From: an uncultured Candidatus Rokubacteria bacterium
GTDB taxonomy: Bacteria > Methylomirabilota > Methylomirabilia > Rokubacteriales > CSP1-6
Length of the DNA stretch: 64,000 nt
NCBI GenBank assembly: GCA_963789955.1
Contig: CAWBMV010000012.1
Location: 256,001-320,000, forward strand
Reading direction: 5' to 3'
Positions 39,874 through 54,739 of this stretch are shown in pieces. The position numbers were made by a program, and so were the translations under genes. The stretch's first letter is position 1. Each line of letters opens with the position of its first letter. Under the pieces are notes generated by a model that was not told where the DNA came from, did no database searches, and saw only the letters and a program-made list of their open reading frames with translations.

Positions 39874-40051
39874 TGCGGCGACTCCTTGTTCAAGATCGGA
39901 TCTCGCTCTCCGCGCATACGGGCGGACGGAGCCGTCCGGGCGATCTGTATTGAGACCCAAGAACGGGGTCAGGTGTTTACAGTGTAAGGCGCGCGGCGTG
40001 CGAAGAGGGCATCGGCCGTTCACCGGAATCCCGGATTAAGATAGGCGCCTG

Positions 40052-41786
40052 ATGATGAGGCCAATCGACGCCGTCGAGACGGACGTGCTCGTCCTCGGCG
40101 CCGGCGGCGCCGGGCTCTGTGCCGCGCTCCACGCCGCCGACCGGTCGCCCAATCTTTCGGTCACCGTCGTCGTCAAGGGGTTGCTCGGCCGCGCGGGCTG
40201 TACGCGCATGGTGCAGGGCGGGTACAACGCGGTGCTGACGGCGCCGGACTCGCTCGAGGCGCATTTTCTCGACACGCTCGCGGGCGGCGGGTGGATCAAC
40301 GACCAGGAGCTCGTGTGGACCCTCGTCGTCGAGGCGCCCGGCCGGGTGCTCGAGCTCGAGTCGCGCTACGGGTGCCTCTTCGACCGCACGACCGAGGGGC
40401 GGATCCATCAGAAGCCCTTTGCCGGCCAGACGCACGATCGGACGATCCACAAGGGCGACCTGACCGGCATCGAGATCATGAACCGCCTGTCGGAGCAGGT
40501 GCTCCGGCGCGAGAACGTCCAGGCGCTCGAAGAGTGTCGCGCGGTCGAGCTTCTGCTCGACGGCACGGGGCGCTGCGCGGGCGCGCTCGTCCTCGACATC
40601 CGCCAGGGGCGATTCGTCGTCGTGACCGCCCGCGCAACCTTGCTGGCCATGGGCGGCGGGCCCACCATGTACAAGGTCGTCGCGTGTTCGGCCGACAAGG
40701 CCGCCGACGGTATCGCGCTCGGGTATCGTGCGGGGTTGCCGCTGCGCGACATGGAGATGATCCAGTTCCATCCGACGGGTCTCGTCATCCCGGACTCGCT
40801 GATGACGGGCGCGCTCCTCGAGGAAGGGCTGCGCGGCGCCGGCGGCCATCTGAAGAACGGGCGCGGCGAGCGGTACATGGAGCGGTACGATCCGGCTCGG
40901 ATGGAGCGCTCGACCGCGCGATCTCGTCGCGCGGGCCTCGTTCCTCGAGGTGACGGAGGGCCGCGGGACGCCGAACGGCGGCGTGTGGATCGACGTCTCG
41001 CATCTCGGCGCCGACGTGGTCGAGCGGAACTTCCGCGGCATGGTCCGGCGCTGTCGTGACTTCGGCCGGGATCTCGCGCGCGGGCCGGTCGAGGTCGGCC
41101 CGACGACACACTTCATGATGGGTGGCGTCGTCGTCGACACCGCGTGCCGCACGGCGATCGACGGGCTCTTCGCGGCCGGTGAGGATACCGGTGGTGTCCA
41201 CGGCGCCAACCGCCTGGGCGGCAACGGTGTCGCGGAGTCGACCGTGTTCGGCGGCATCGCCGGCGACGTGATGGCTGATTTCGTCGCCGGACGCGCGGCG
41301 CCGCGCCACGCCGCCGCCGTCGGCGACGTCGTCGAGCGGCTCACCGCGCCGCTCGAGCGCCGCGGCGGCGATCTCTATGCGCTACAGCGCGAGCTGCGTG
41401 AGGTGATGTGGGAGCGGGCGGGGCTCGTGCGTGACGGCGAAGGCCTGAAGATCGCGGCGGCGACCGCCGATCGGATCGCCGGCGAGCTCGCGCGTGTCGG
41501 TGTTCCCGGGGGAGCGGCGTTCAATCTGGCGTGGCAGGACTGGATCAACCTGACCAACCAGACGGCCGTCGCCCGCCTGATCACGGCCAGCGCCCTGGCA
41601 CGGACCGAAAGCCGCGGCGCGCACTACCGCAACGATTTCCCGGCGCCGTCGGCCGCGCCGCTCTACACCGTGCGCGTCCAGTCGCGCGCCGGCGAGAGCG
41701 CGGTGTGGACGGAGCCGGTGGCGCTGACGCGCGCGACACCCGCCGGAGCGGGGCGTGTGTCGTCGATGGTCGAAGTTGGAGACTGA
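40052..41786 (+). CDS. non-canonical SdhA/FrdA/NadB-family flavoprotein (frameshift near 40915)
   Basis: GAGGAG, GRAGCTRMVQGG, QFHPTG, LLEEGLRGAGG, HFMMGG, HGANRLGGN, ESRGAH. Confidence 0.88.
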
Positions 41787-41812
41787 GCGACCCAAGCGAG
41801 GGAGGGCACGAG

Positions 41813-42184
41813 ATGGCGTTCGACGGTGAAGCGTTCGTGGATCGATTCAACACGGTGTGGAACGGGCACGATATCGAGGGAATTCTCGCCATGATGACCG
41901 ACGACGTCATCTTCGAGGCCTCCTTCGGCAAGGACCCCTGGGGATCGCGAGTCGTCGGCAAGCCGGCGGTGCGCGAGTTCCTCGAAGAGATGTTCGGGCG
42001 CGTCGCTGACATCCGCTGGGACGAGATCCGGCACTTCGCCGGCCCCGAGCTGGCGGTGGTCGAGTGGCTGACGACCGGGACGCCGCGCGGCTCCACGCGC
42101 TTCGAGGTGCAGGGGTGCGATCTGCTGACCCTGCGCAACGGCAAGATCGCCGCCAAGCGCTCCTACCGCAAGGGGCAGCTGTAG
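41813..42184 (+). CDS. SnoaL/NTF2-like protein
   Basis: GGAGGG RBS; F...WN.HD....., G...VR, EW..TG, GCD......GKI..K..Y.K. Confidence 0.8.
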   Translation: MAFDGEAFVDRFNTVWNGHDIEGILAMMTDDVIFEASFGKDPWGSRVVGKPAVREFLEEMFGRVADIRWDEIRHFAGPELAVVEWLTTGTPRGSTRFEVQGCDLLTLRNGKIAAKRSYRKGQL

Positions 42185-42218
42185 CCGACGCCGCGCCGGC
42201 CCGCGCCGGCGCGGCGCT

Positions 42219-43798
42219 TCAGTGCGAGGAGACGCGCGTCTTGAACGTCGGCGCGGGCACGCCGTCGATCGCCACGTTGACGCACGCGGGACGGCCCGAG
42301 GCGATCGCGCGCGCGACCGCCGGCGCGAGCTCCTCGGGCCGCTCCACGCATTCACCGTGGCCGCCCAGCGCCTCCACGATCCGCTCGTAGCGCGACGGCA
42401 GCAGCTCGCAGCCCACGGTCCGGTCGGCTCCGTAGTGCTGGATCTGCAGCTGGTACTCCGCATTCCAGCGTGCGTCGTTGCCGACGATCGCCACGATCGG
42501 CAGACCGTAGCGCAGCGCCGTGTCGAATTCGAGCGCGTGATAGCCGAATGTCCCGTCGCCGAGCGTCGTGATGATCGTGCGGTCGGGGTGGGCGACCTTG
42601 GCGGCCACGGCCATCGGCAGGGCGCTGCCGATCGAGCCGGACGGGCCGTTGATCAACCGAGTCTGGGCGACCAGAGCGGCCTGGGCCCACTGGCCGAACT
42701 CTCCGCCATCGCTGACGAGCACGGCTCCGCGGTCGAGGTGCGGCTGGATTGCGGCGCAGAGGCGGACCGGATGCATCGGCGCGCGCGGAGAGCGCTGCAG
42801 ATCGTCCCAGCCCGACGGACGCGCCGTGCGCGCCGTCTCGATCTCGTCCGTCCATTCGGTGCGCCGCCAGTGTCGCTCGCGGGCGACGCGCAGCATCGCG
42901 TCGACTCTGGTGGCCGGATCGCCCGCGCCGTCGAAGTCCAGATGCAGGAAGCGCACATCTGCGGCGAACGCGGGCGGGCGGCCGAAGCGCAAGGTGTAGT
43001 CGAGCTTCTTGCCGAGCAGCAACACCAGATCCGCGTCGGACAGACACGCCGCCGCCGCCCGCAACGATGGGTCGTTGACACCGCGCGGGCTCTCCATGAC
43101 GAGCGCCGGAACCTGGGTGAGCTCCGCGAGCGCGGTGACCGCGCGCCAGCGCGCTCCGCGCCCCATCGCCGGCCCGGCGATGATCAGCGGGCGCTTGGCC
43201 TCGGCGAGTAGCCCGAGCGTCTCGCGAACCGCGGCCACGGACGGATCGGCCACGGGCGGCGGCGCTCTGCACCGCCATGCGCGGTCTCTTCGTCGACGAT
43301 CGTCTCGAGCAGGTCTCCCGGGAGGCTCACGTGCACGGGACCGGGGCGGCCGGTCGTGGCCAGGGTGAGAGCCCGGGCGATGTCGTCCCCGAGCGTGTCG
43401 GCGCTGTCGGCCAGCCACGCCGCCTTCGTGACCGGCCGCGCGGCGCCGACCTGGTCCATCTCCTGGAAGGCGCCGGTTCCGAGCTGGTTTCGCGGCGCGT
43501 GGCCGCTCAGCAGTACCACCGGCGACTCGGACATGAGCGCGCCGTAGAGCGCGGAGACCGCGTTGCAGTGTCCGGGGCCCGCCGTGACCAGCGCGACACC
43601 CGGCTGGTCGGTCAGACGCCCCCACGCGTCGGCCATGTGGACGGCGGCGGCTTCGTGCCGCGTGTGAACGAGGGCGATGTCGCGCCCGACCGTGGCGTCG
43701 TAGATCGACAGGATCTGGTTTCCGGAAAGCGTGAAGAGATATTTGACGCCGTGGGCGGCCAACGCGTCGACGAGGCACTGGGCTCCGGTCCGTGACAT
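42219..43798 (-). CDS. thiamine-pyrophosphate enzyme (acetolactate synthase / 2-hydroxyacyl-CoA lyase-like; frameshift near 43270)
   Basis: F.LSGNQI, RHEAAAVHMAD, VTAGPG, FQEMDQ, GDGTFG...GND TPP motif. Confidence 0.88.
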
Positions 43799-43828
43799 GC
43801 GGACGATAATACGGTAGCTTGGCGGGCC

Positions 43829-44146
43829 GTGAGCCGCGTTCTCAAGCGCGACTGGAGTACCGCGGAAGGCTGGCGCGACACGAAGGCCGGCATGTGGGCG
43901 TGGCTGATCCAGCGCGCCGCGGCCGTGGCGCTCTTGCTCGTGATCGCGCTGCATCTGGCGAACCCGTTCCGCCGCGGCACTCAGGCCGCGCTGCTGGCCC
44001 TCGTGCTGGTCCACGCTCTGCTCGGCGTTCGAGCGATCCTGCTCGACTTCGGTCTCGCGCACCGCTGGCACCGCGCGCTGTTCGCGCTCGCGATAGTGCT
44101 GGCGGCGATCGTCTTCGTGCTGGTCTGGGCGTGGAGGTGGTACTGA
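43829..44146 (+). CDS. small SdhC/SdhD-like membrane anchor
   Basis: GMWAWLIQR....L, H.L.G.R.IL.D cytochrome b motif, three TM segments. Confidence 0.7.
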   Translation: MSRVLKRDWSTAEGWRDTKAGMWAWLIQRAAAVALLLVIALHLANPFRRGTQAALLALVLVHALLGVRAILLDFGLAHRWHRALFALAIVLAAIVFVLVWAWRWY

Positions 44147-44157
44147 GCCGCGCCGAG

Positions 44158-45484
44158 CTACATCGGACGTGAGGACACGATCGCGGCGTAGAGCGCGGTC
44201 TGGCGGTAGAAGTGTCGCAGCACGTAGTGCTCGTTGACGTCGTGCTGCTGGTTGTTGCTGTTGGCCGCCGGAATCCAGAGGCACGGAATCCCCAGGACGT
44301 CCGTGAAGACGTGAAGCGGCAGGGTGCCGCCGAGAATCGGCAGCGCGATCGGCTCCTCGCCGCCGTGCTCCTCCAGCAAGCGTAGAAGCCAGCCGAACTC
44401 CGGCCGCGCGGGCGAGGTGTAGCTCGCGGGCTGACCGTCGGTCTCGACCGTGAACGTGATGCCCGGCGTGCGGCTCTGGTGGTCGGCGACCGCGCGCTGG
44501 ACGATGTCGCGCATCGCGGCGACCGGCGTGTCGGGCGTCAGCCTGATGTCCAGACGCGCATGGGCCGTGCGCGGGATGATGGTCCGCCGCAAGCGTCGGC
44601 GAGGCGCCGTCGGAGATGAAGCTGTTGATGTTCACGGTCGGCTTCAAGAACGGCGTCCAGACCGCCTTGTCCTCCCACTTCGCGAACACCTCGCTCGCCT
44701 CACGCCGAAACGCCTCGTGCTCGGCCGACCAGACCCGAACGCGCTCCTCGATGTCGCCGATGAGCCGGGCGAGGGGAAGCACCGGGTTCGGCACGATGTT
44801 GCCGTAGTTGCCCGAGTGGACGGACGCGGTCTGCCCGTTGTCGGCGACGATGTTGACGGTCAAGAGGCCGCGCACGCCCATCACGAGCGTCGGGGCGTTG
44901 TTCTGCTTGGGGCCGTCGGAGCCGATCAGGACGTCCGCGGCGAGCTTGTCTCGATGGGCCTGGGCGATCGCCGCGAGATTCGGGCTCCCATGCTCCTCTT
45001 CGCCGTCGAGGATGATCTTGACCTTCCACTGGGCGGCGCCGGACCGAACGGCGTCCATGGCGCCGAGGATGTTCGAAAGATGCTGGCCCTTGTTGTCGGC
45101 TCCTCCGCGTCCCACCATTATCAAGTCGTCGAGCGCCTGGTCGCCGATCAGGCGCGGCTCGACCGCGCGCCCGTCGAGGAAGTAGGCCGGCACGAACGGC
45201 TCGCACGGGACGCCCTGCCACGTCCAGCGCGTCACGTCACCCGTGGGCTGGACGTCGTAGTGACCGTAGAGGAGGAGCGTCGGAGCGCCCTTCGGTCCGG
45301 GCAGCTCGCCGTAGAGGGCGGGGGTGCCGCGGCCGTCGTCGGGCGCCAGGGGCGTCAGCTCGAGACCGAGCCCACGCCAGAGGCCGCGGACGGCTTCGAC
45401 CATGTCCGGAGTGACCTGACGACTGATCGTCGGGATCCGGAGATAGCGATCGAGGAGCTCGAGCCGGTCGTGACGCGAGGACAT
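44158..45484 (-). CDS. M20/M25/M40 family metallopeptidase (frameshift near 44592)
   Basis: YGHYDVQP, GRG.ADNKGQ, GEEEHGSP, HSGNYG, QH..NE. Confidence 0.88.
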
Positions 45485-45511
45485 TGAAGTGGCGGTAGTA
45501 TAACGCCGACG

Positions 45512-46229
45512 ATGACGTCGCCCGCCGCGCTCCGCGTCTTTCGCTGGACGGCCGACCAGGCCGAGCGTGTCGACGAATATCGGGTCACCGCCGCGGCCGA
45601 CACGACGGTGCTCGACGCGCTCGTGGAGATCCAGCGCACGCAGGATCCGACGCTCGCCTTCCGCTACGCCTGTCGCGTCGGGATGTGCGGCTCGTGCGCG
45701 ATGGTGGTGAACGGCCGGGAGCGGTGGGCCTGCCGCACGCGGCTCGAGTCGCTCGGCCCGGGACCGATCAGCGTCCGTCCGCTCTATCACTTCCCGCTGC
45801 TGCGCGATCTGGTCGTCGACATGACGCCGTTCGCGGCCAAGCTCCGGGACGTGAGCGCGGCCCTCACGCCGCGCGAGGGGGCTCGAGCCCTATGCCCTGG
45901 TGTCGAGCGGCTCGGCCGAGCGCCACGAGATCGACCTGGCGATCGAGTGCATCGGCTGCGGGATGTGCGTCTCCGCCTGCACGATGGTCGGTCACAACGA
46001 CCGATTTCCCGGGCCGGCCGCGCTCAACCGGGCGCTGACGCTCGAGCTCGACCATCGCGACGGTGGTCGCGAGGGGCGCTGGCGCGTTCTCCTGGGCGAC
46101 GACGCGCTCGCGCGCTGTCACGGCCAGGGCAACTGCACCGAGGTCTGTCCGATGAGCCTCTCGCCGGCCGATTCGATTCGCCGGCTTCGTCGGCTCGCCG
46201 TGCCACGGTTGTTCGGTCTGTCGGGTTGA
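45512..46229 (+). CDS. SdhB/FrdB-like iron-sulfur subunit (frameshift near 45880)
   Basis: CRVGMCGSCA...AC, PL..FP..RDL.VD, CIGCGMCVSAC, CHGQGNCTEVCP. Confidence 0.88.
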
Positions 46230-47023
46230 TTCGCCTGGGCGATCTGACCTCACCCGGCGCCGCAAGGCTTGCCCGTGATCCCCGCGCCGTTGTGTTCCTT
46301 CCGCTCGGTGCGATCGAGCAGCACGGCCCGCATCTTCCGCTCCTGGTCGACTGGCGGGGCGCCGAGGAGCTGGCGCGCCGGGTCGCGCCCCATCTGCGTC
46401 GCGCCGGGTGGCGTCCGATTCTCGCGCCGTCGATCCCGTACGGCGTCAGCACCCTGGCCGTCGGCTGGCCGGGCACGGTCTCGCTCTCGATCTCGACCTT
46501 GCGTCGGCTGATCGTCGAGCTCGTCAACGGGCTCGCGAGCCACGGCTTTCGTCGATTCGTCCTGACGAACTATCAGGCGGATCCGGATCACTTGAGAGCG
46601 ATCGCCGCCGCGCGGCGAGCGCTCGCCCGGCGCCGGCAATTGCGCGTGCTCGTGGCGGGCTTCGAGCCCGCAACTCGACCGCCGACGCCGATGGTGAACC
46701 GCCGGGTGCAGGCGCTCATGCGCAGCCCGAATCCCGACGCGGAGTGGCACTCCGGCGAGCTGGAGACCGCTCTCATGCTGTCGGTCGACAGAAAGCTCGT
46801 CCGAGAGCGAATCGCGCGACGGCTGCCGCCGGCGTGGTTCGACTTCCGCCGCGAGCTGGCGCGCGGCGCGCGCAATTTTCGGCAGCTCGGTCCGGGCGGG
46901 GCCGGTTACTTCGGCTGGCCGGCGGCCGCGCGAGCGCGGACGGGCCGCGCCGTGATGGCGCTGCGCGGCCGGCTGATCGCGCGACGGCTGCTCGAAACGC
47001 TCGGGAAGCCGTCGCGTTCTTGA
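46226..47023 (+). CDS. creatininase/MftE-family amidohydrolase
   Basis: PLGAIEQHGPHLP..D, PGTVSL, HSGELET; NYQ replaces the usual NxH. Confidence 0.82.
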   Translation: MIRLGDLTSPGAARLARDPRAVVFLPLGAIEQHGPHLPLLVDWRGAEELARRVAPHLRRAGWRPILAPSIPYGVSTLAVGWPGTVSLSISTLRRLIVELVNGLASHGFRRFVLTNYQADPDHLRAIAAARRALARRRQLRVLVAGFEPATRPPTPMVNRRVQALMRSPNPDAEWHSGELETALMLSVDRKLVRERIARRLPPAWFDFRRELARGARNFRQLGPGGAGYFGWPAAARARTGRAVMALRGRLIARRLLETLGKPSRS

Positions 47024-47226
47024 CCCTGTCTGCGCGGCGCGTTAGAGTAATGCGTCATTGAAATCGACGAGATCGGCGGCAAATTGCTCGCAACGAGCCT
47101 CACAATCGAGCACATCGAGTTCTTCCAGGGCGCAGAGCCCGCTCGGCGACGACCGCGCGGGATGTGCGCGCTGCAGGGCGTCGCGGGGCTGGGGCCACGC
47201 CGGCCGAGGCGCGCCTCTAGATTTAG

Positions 47227-48228
<1,002 letters not shown>

Positions 48229-48348
48229 TCCAGGGAGTGTCACGCGGATGGCGAAGCGAGCGAAGGCGAGGCAGAAGAAGAAGTCCGCCGCCCGGAGGCC
48301 ACCCGCGAGGGTCAAGCCGATTGGCGAACATGCCGGCAGGGCCGCGTC

Positions 48349-49172
48349 GTGAGAGACGTTCACGTCAGCGCCATCGTCGACGCGGTCAAGAAGCTCTGCA
48401 TCGGCGCCAACCTGGAGCTCGAGCCCGACATGCTGCGCGCCTTCGACCGCGCGCTGACCACCGAGCGCTCGCCGGCCGGCAAGCAGGTGCTGCAGATCCT
48501 GAAGGACAACGCCGAGATGGCCCGGACCCGGCGCATTCCGTACTGCCAGGACACCGGCTTCGTCGTGTGCTTCGTCGAGCTCGGCCAGGACGTGCACGTC
48601 ACGGGGGGCGGGCTCTACGACGCGATCAACGAGGGCGTGCGCCAGGGCTACAAAGAGGGCTATCTGCGCGCCTCGATCGTGCGGTCGCCGCTCGACCGCG
48701 TGAACACCGGCGACAACACGCCGGCGGTGATCCACGTCGACGTCGCGCCGGGCGCCGAGCTCAAGCTCGCGATCATGGCCAAGGGCGGCGGCTGCGAGAA
48801 CCGCTCGAAGTACACGATGCTGACGCCGGCCGCGGGTGTCGACGGCGTGAAGGACTTCATCATCGACTGCGTGAAGATGGCGGGCCCGGACGCGTGCCCG
48901 CCGCTCATCCTGGGCGTCGGCGTCGGCGGCACGTTCGAGAAGGCCGCGATCTTGTCGAAGAAGGCGCTGTTCCGCGAGGTCGGCTCCGCCAACTCGGACC
49001 CCACGCTCGACGCGCTGGAGAAGGAGCTGCTCGCGCGCGCCAACCGGCTCGGGATCGGCCCGCAGGGTTATGGCGGCGACACGACGTCCCTCGGCATCCA
49101 CGTGCTCACGTACCCCTGCCACATCACGTCGCTGCCCGTCGCCGTCACGATCGAATGCCACGCGCATCGCCA

Positions 49173-49191
<19 letters not shown>
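48349..49191 (+). CDS. Fe-S fumarate hydratase (class I, split type) alpha subunit
   Basis: CQDTG, GYLR.S.V, NTGDNTP, KGGGCEN, CPP, CHA.RH. Confidence 0.9.
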
Positions 49192-51558
<2,367 letters not shown>

Positions 51559-51560
51559 CG

Positions 51561-52142
51561 ATGAGCGTCACGACCGCGGCCGACGGCCTCAAGGACGTCA
51601 CGACGCCGCTCAGCGACGCCGACGTCGAGTCATTGAGGACCGGTGACCGAGTGCGGATCACCGGTGTCGTCTACACGGCGCGCGACGCGGCGCACGGACG
51701 ACTGTGGCCGCTGATCCAGGAAGGCAAGCAGCTCCCGATCGACGTGCGCGGCCAGATCATCTACTACACCGGCCCGTCGCCGGCGAAGCCCGGCGATGTC
51801 GTCGGCTCGATCGGTCCCACCACCGGCAGTCGCATGGACAAGTTCACACCGGCGCTGATCAAGCTGGGGCTCAAGGCCACCATGGGCAAGGGCGCCCGCT
51901 CGCAGCCGGTCAAGGATGCGTTCAAGCAGTACAAGGGCGTGTACTTCGGCGCCATCGGGGGCGCCGGCGCCGTGCTCTCGCGGTTCGTGAAGCGCGTCGA
52001 GATCGTCGCGTACGAGGATCTCGGCACGGAGGCGATCCGGCGCCTGGAGGTCGAGGCGTTTCCGGCCATCGTGGTCAACGACTGCCACGGCGGCGATCTC
52101 TATCAGGACGGCATGAAGGCCTATGCGCGGGAGGAGACATGA
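51561..52142 (+). CDS. Fe-S fumarate hydratase beta subunit
   Basis: ARDAAH, GPTT..RM, GKG, DLG.EA, D.HG. Confidence 0.9.
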   Translation: MSVTTAADGLKDVTTPLSDADVESLRTGDRVRITGVVYTARDAAHGRLWPLIQEGKQLPIDVRGQIIYYTGPSPAKPGDVVGSIGPTTGSRMDKFTPALIKLGLKATMGKGARSQPVKDAFKQYKGVYFGAIGGAGAVLSRFVKRVEIVAYEDLGTEAIRRLEVEAFPAIVVNDCHGGDLYQDGMKAYAREET

Positions 52143-52935
52143 GCAGCCGGGTGATCGGGCAATCGCGGCCCTCCATCACGGCATCGCACCTGAGGACGGA
52201 TCCGTGGTGGGCGCTGCCGATCACGGTGGTGATCGTGCTCGGCTCGTTCATCGTCTACTCGACGTGGGCGGCCTTCCAGAACGCCCACTATTTCGTCGAT
52301 CCGTATCTGTCGCCGTTCTATTCGCCCTGTCTCTCGCAGACGTGCCTGCACAAGAGCTTCGGGTTCGCGCTGCCGGACATCCACTTGCCGATCATCGGGC
52401 TGCTCTCGCCCGCGTTCCTCATCCTCGGCGGGCCGGGCTTGTTCCGGCTGACCTGCTACTACTACCGCAAGGCGTACTACCGCTCGTTCTGGCTCACGCC
52501 GCCGGCGTGCGCGGTGCCCGACTTGAAGCGGGGCTACAGCGGTGAGACGAGGTTCCCGCTGCTCTTCCAAGCGTTTCCATCGCTACACCTGGTATGTGGC
52601 GGTGCTCTTCATCCTGATGCTGACCTGGGATGCCATCCTCGCGTTCCGGTTCCCGAACGGTTTCGGGATCGGCGTGGGCACGCTCGTCATGTGGGTCAAC
52701 GTGATCTTCCTGGCCGGCTACACGTTCTCGTGCCACTCCTGCCGCCACGTCTGCGGCGGCCACGTCAACGTGTTCTCGAAGGCGCCGGGCCGCTATCGCA
52801 TCTGGCATTTCGTGACGCGCCTGAACGAGCGCCATCCCGACATTTGCCTGGCTCTCGCTCTTCAGCGTCGGATTGACCGACCTCTACATCCGACTGGTCT
52901 CGATGGGCGTGATTCGAGACTGGAGGATCATCTGA
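52139..52935 (+). CDS. sdhC: succinate dehydrogenase membrane anchor, actinobacterial Sdh1 type (frameshifts near 52570 and 52840)
   Basis: [47 protein letters not shown]. Confidence 0.8.
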
Positions 52936-54737
52936 TGGCGAATCCGGACTACGAGACACACGAGCACGACGTCCTGGTCATCGGCGCCGGCGGCGCCGGC
53001 CTGCGGGCGGCGATCGAGGCCGCGGCGCAGGGCGTGTCGGTCGGCCTGGTCTGCAAGTCGCTTCTCGGCAAGGCGCACACCGTGATGGCCGAGGGCGGGA
53101 TCGCCGCGTCGCTCGGCAACGTGTGGCCCGAGGACAACTGGCAGGTGCACTTCCGCGACACGATGCGCGGCGGCAAGATGCTCAACAACTGGCGGATGGC
53201 GCAGCTGCACGCCCAGGAAGCACCCGACCGGGTGCTCGAGCTGGAGCGCTGGGGCGCCCTGTTCGATCGCACCAAGGACGGGCGGATCCTCCAGCGCGAC
53301 TTCGGCGGACACCGCTACGCGCGCCTGGCCCACGTCGGCGACCGCACCGGTCTGGAGATGATCCGCACGCTCCAGTATCACGGCATCCACCAGGGCATCG
53401 ACGTGTACATGGAGTGCAAGGTCGAGCGCCTCCTGAAGGACGGCGATCGCGTCAACGGCGCCTTCGGCTACTGGCGCAACACCGGCAAGTTCGTGCTCTT
53501 CAAGGCCAAGGCCGTCGTGCTCGCCACCGGCGGCGTCGGCAAGGCGTGGAAGGTCACGTCGAACTCGTGGGAGTACACGGGCGACGGCCAGTCGCTCGCG
53601 CTGTGGGCGGGCGCGGATCTGCTCGACATGGAGTTCGTCCAGTTCCATCCGACCGGCATGGTCTGGCCGCCGTCGGTGCGCGGCATCCTCGTCACGGAGG
53701 GCGTGCGCGGCGACGGCGGGACGTTGAAGAACACCAAGGGCGAGCGGTTCATGTTCAATTACATCCCGGAGTTCTTCAAGGGCGAGACCGCCGACAACGA
53801 GGCCGAAGCCGACCGCTGGTACGCGGACAAGAAGAACAACCGGCGCACGCCCGATCTCTTGCCGCGCGACGAGGTCGCGCGCGCGATCAATGCCGAGATC
53901 AAGGGCGGGCGCGGGACCCCGCACGGGGGCGTCTTCCTCGACATCTGCACGCGCCGTCCGGCCGACTACATCAGGAAGCGCCTGCCGTCGATGTACCACC
54001 AGTTCAAGGAGCTCGCGGGTGTCGACATCACCAAGGAGCCGATGGAGGTCGGACCGACCTGCCACTACATCATGGGCGGCGTCCGTGTCGACGCGGACAC
54101 CACCGCGGCGACCGTGAAGGGGCTGTTCGCGGCCGGCGAGGTCGCCGGTGGCATGCACGGCTCGAACCGCCTCGGCGGGAACTCGCTCTCGGATCTCCTG
54201 GTGTTCGGCCGGCGCGCCGGATTGTACGCCGCGCTCTACGCCAAGGATTTCGGCGGCGCGCTGACGGTCGAGTCGAGCCAGGTCGACTCGCTCGCCCGCG
54301 AGATGCTCGAGCCGTTCACGCGGAGCGGCGGTGAGAACCCGTACGCGATCCAGGCCGACCTTCAAGAGACGATGCAAAGCCTGGTCGGGCTGATCCGGAC
54401 CGAGCAGGAGCTGCGCGAGGCCTTGAAGCGGATCGAGTCGTTCAAGCACCGCGCGGCGCGCACGCACGTCGACGGCGGCCGCACCTACAACCCCGGCTGG
54501 CACACGGCGCTCGATCTCGGCTCACTGCTCACCGTGGCCGAGTGCTGCACGCTGGCCGCGCTCGAGCGGCGGGAGAGCCGCGGCGGTCACACGCGCGACG
54601 ATCACCCGTACACCGACGACTCGTGGGGCAAGATCAACGTGGTCATCCGCCAGAGGCAGGGGGCGCTCGCCCTCAGCCGTGAGCCGCTGCCGGAGATGCC
54701 GGCCGAGCTCAAGGCGCTCTTCCAGGAGAGGAAGTAG
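52935..54737 (+). CDS. sdhA: succinate dehydrogenase flavoprotein
   Basis: GKAHTVMAEGG (covalent-FAD His), QFHPTG, LVTEGVRGDGG, PRDEVAR, HYIMGG, HGSNRLGGNSL. Confidence 0.93.
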   Translation: MANPDYETHEHDVLVIGAGGAGLRAAIEAAAQGVSVGLVCKSLLGKAHTVMAEGGIAASLGNVWPEDNWQVHFRDTMRGGKMLNNWRMAQLHAQEAPDRVLELERWGALFDRTKDGRILQRDFGGHRYARLAHVGDRTGLEMIRTLQYHGIHQGIDVYMECKVERLLKDGDRVNGAFGYWRNTGKFVLFKAKAVVLATGGVGKAWKVTSNSWEYTGDGQSLALWAGADLLDMEFVQFHPTGMVWPPSVRGILVTEGVRGDGGTLKNTKGERFMFNYIPEFFKGETADNEAEADRWYADKKNNRRTPDLLPRDEVARAINAEIKGGRGTPHGGVFLDICTRRPADYIRKRLPSMYHQFKELAGVDITKEPMEVGPTCHYIMGGVRVDADTTAATVKGLFAAGEVAGGMHGSNRLGGNSLSDLLVFGRRAGLYAALYAKDFGGALTVESSQVDSLAREMLEPFTRSGGENPYAIQADLQETMQSLVGLIRTEQELREALKRIESFKHRAARTHVDGGRTYNPGWHTALDLGSLLTVAECCTLAALERRESRGGHTRDDHPYTDDSWGKINVVIRQRQGALALSREPLPEMPAELKALFQERK

Positions 54738-54739
54738 CG

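Noticed and set aside
43184..45790. 868-aa M20 peptidase-TPP enzyme fusion
   Set aside because: Frameshift near 44592 plus stop-poor GC-rich sequence; the linker is the antisense of the small anchor gene.
45512..47023. SdhB-creatininase fusion
   Set aside because: The frameshift near 45880 moves the SdhB C-terminal Cys clusters to another frame that ends at 46229.
48248..48352. Lys/Arg-rich 34-aa ORF before the fumarase alpha gene
   Set aside because: Could be a frameshifted N-terminal extension or chance; no independent support.
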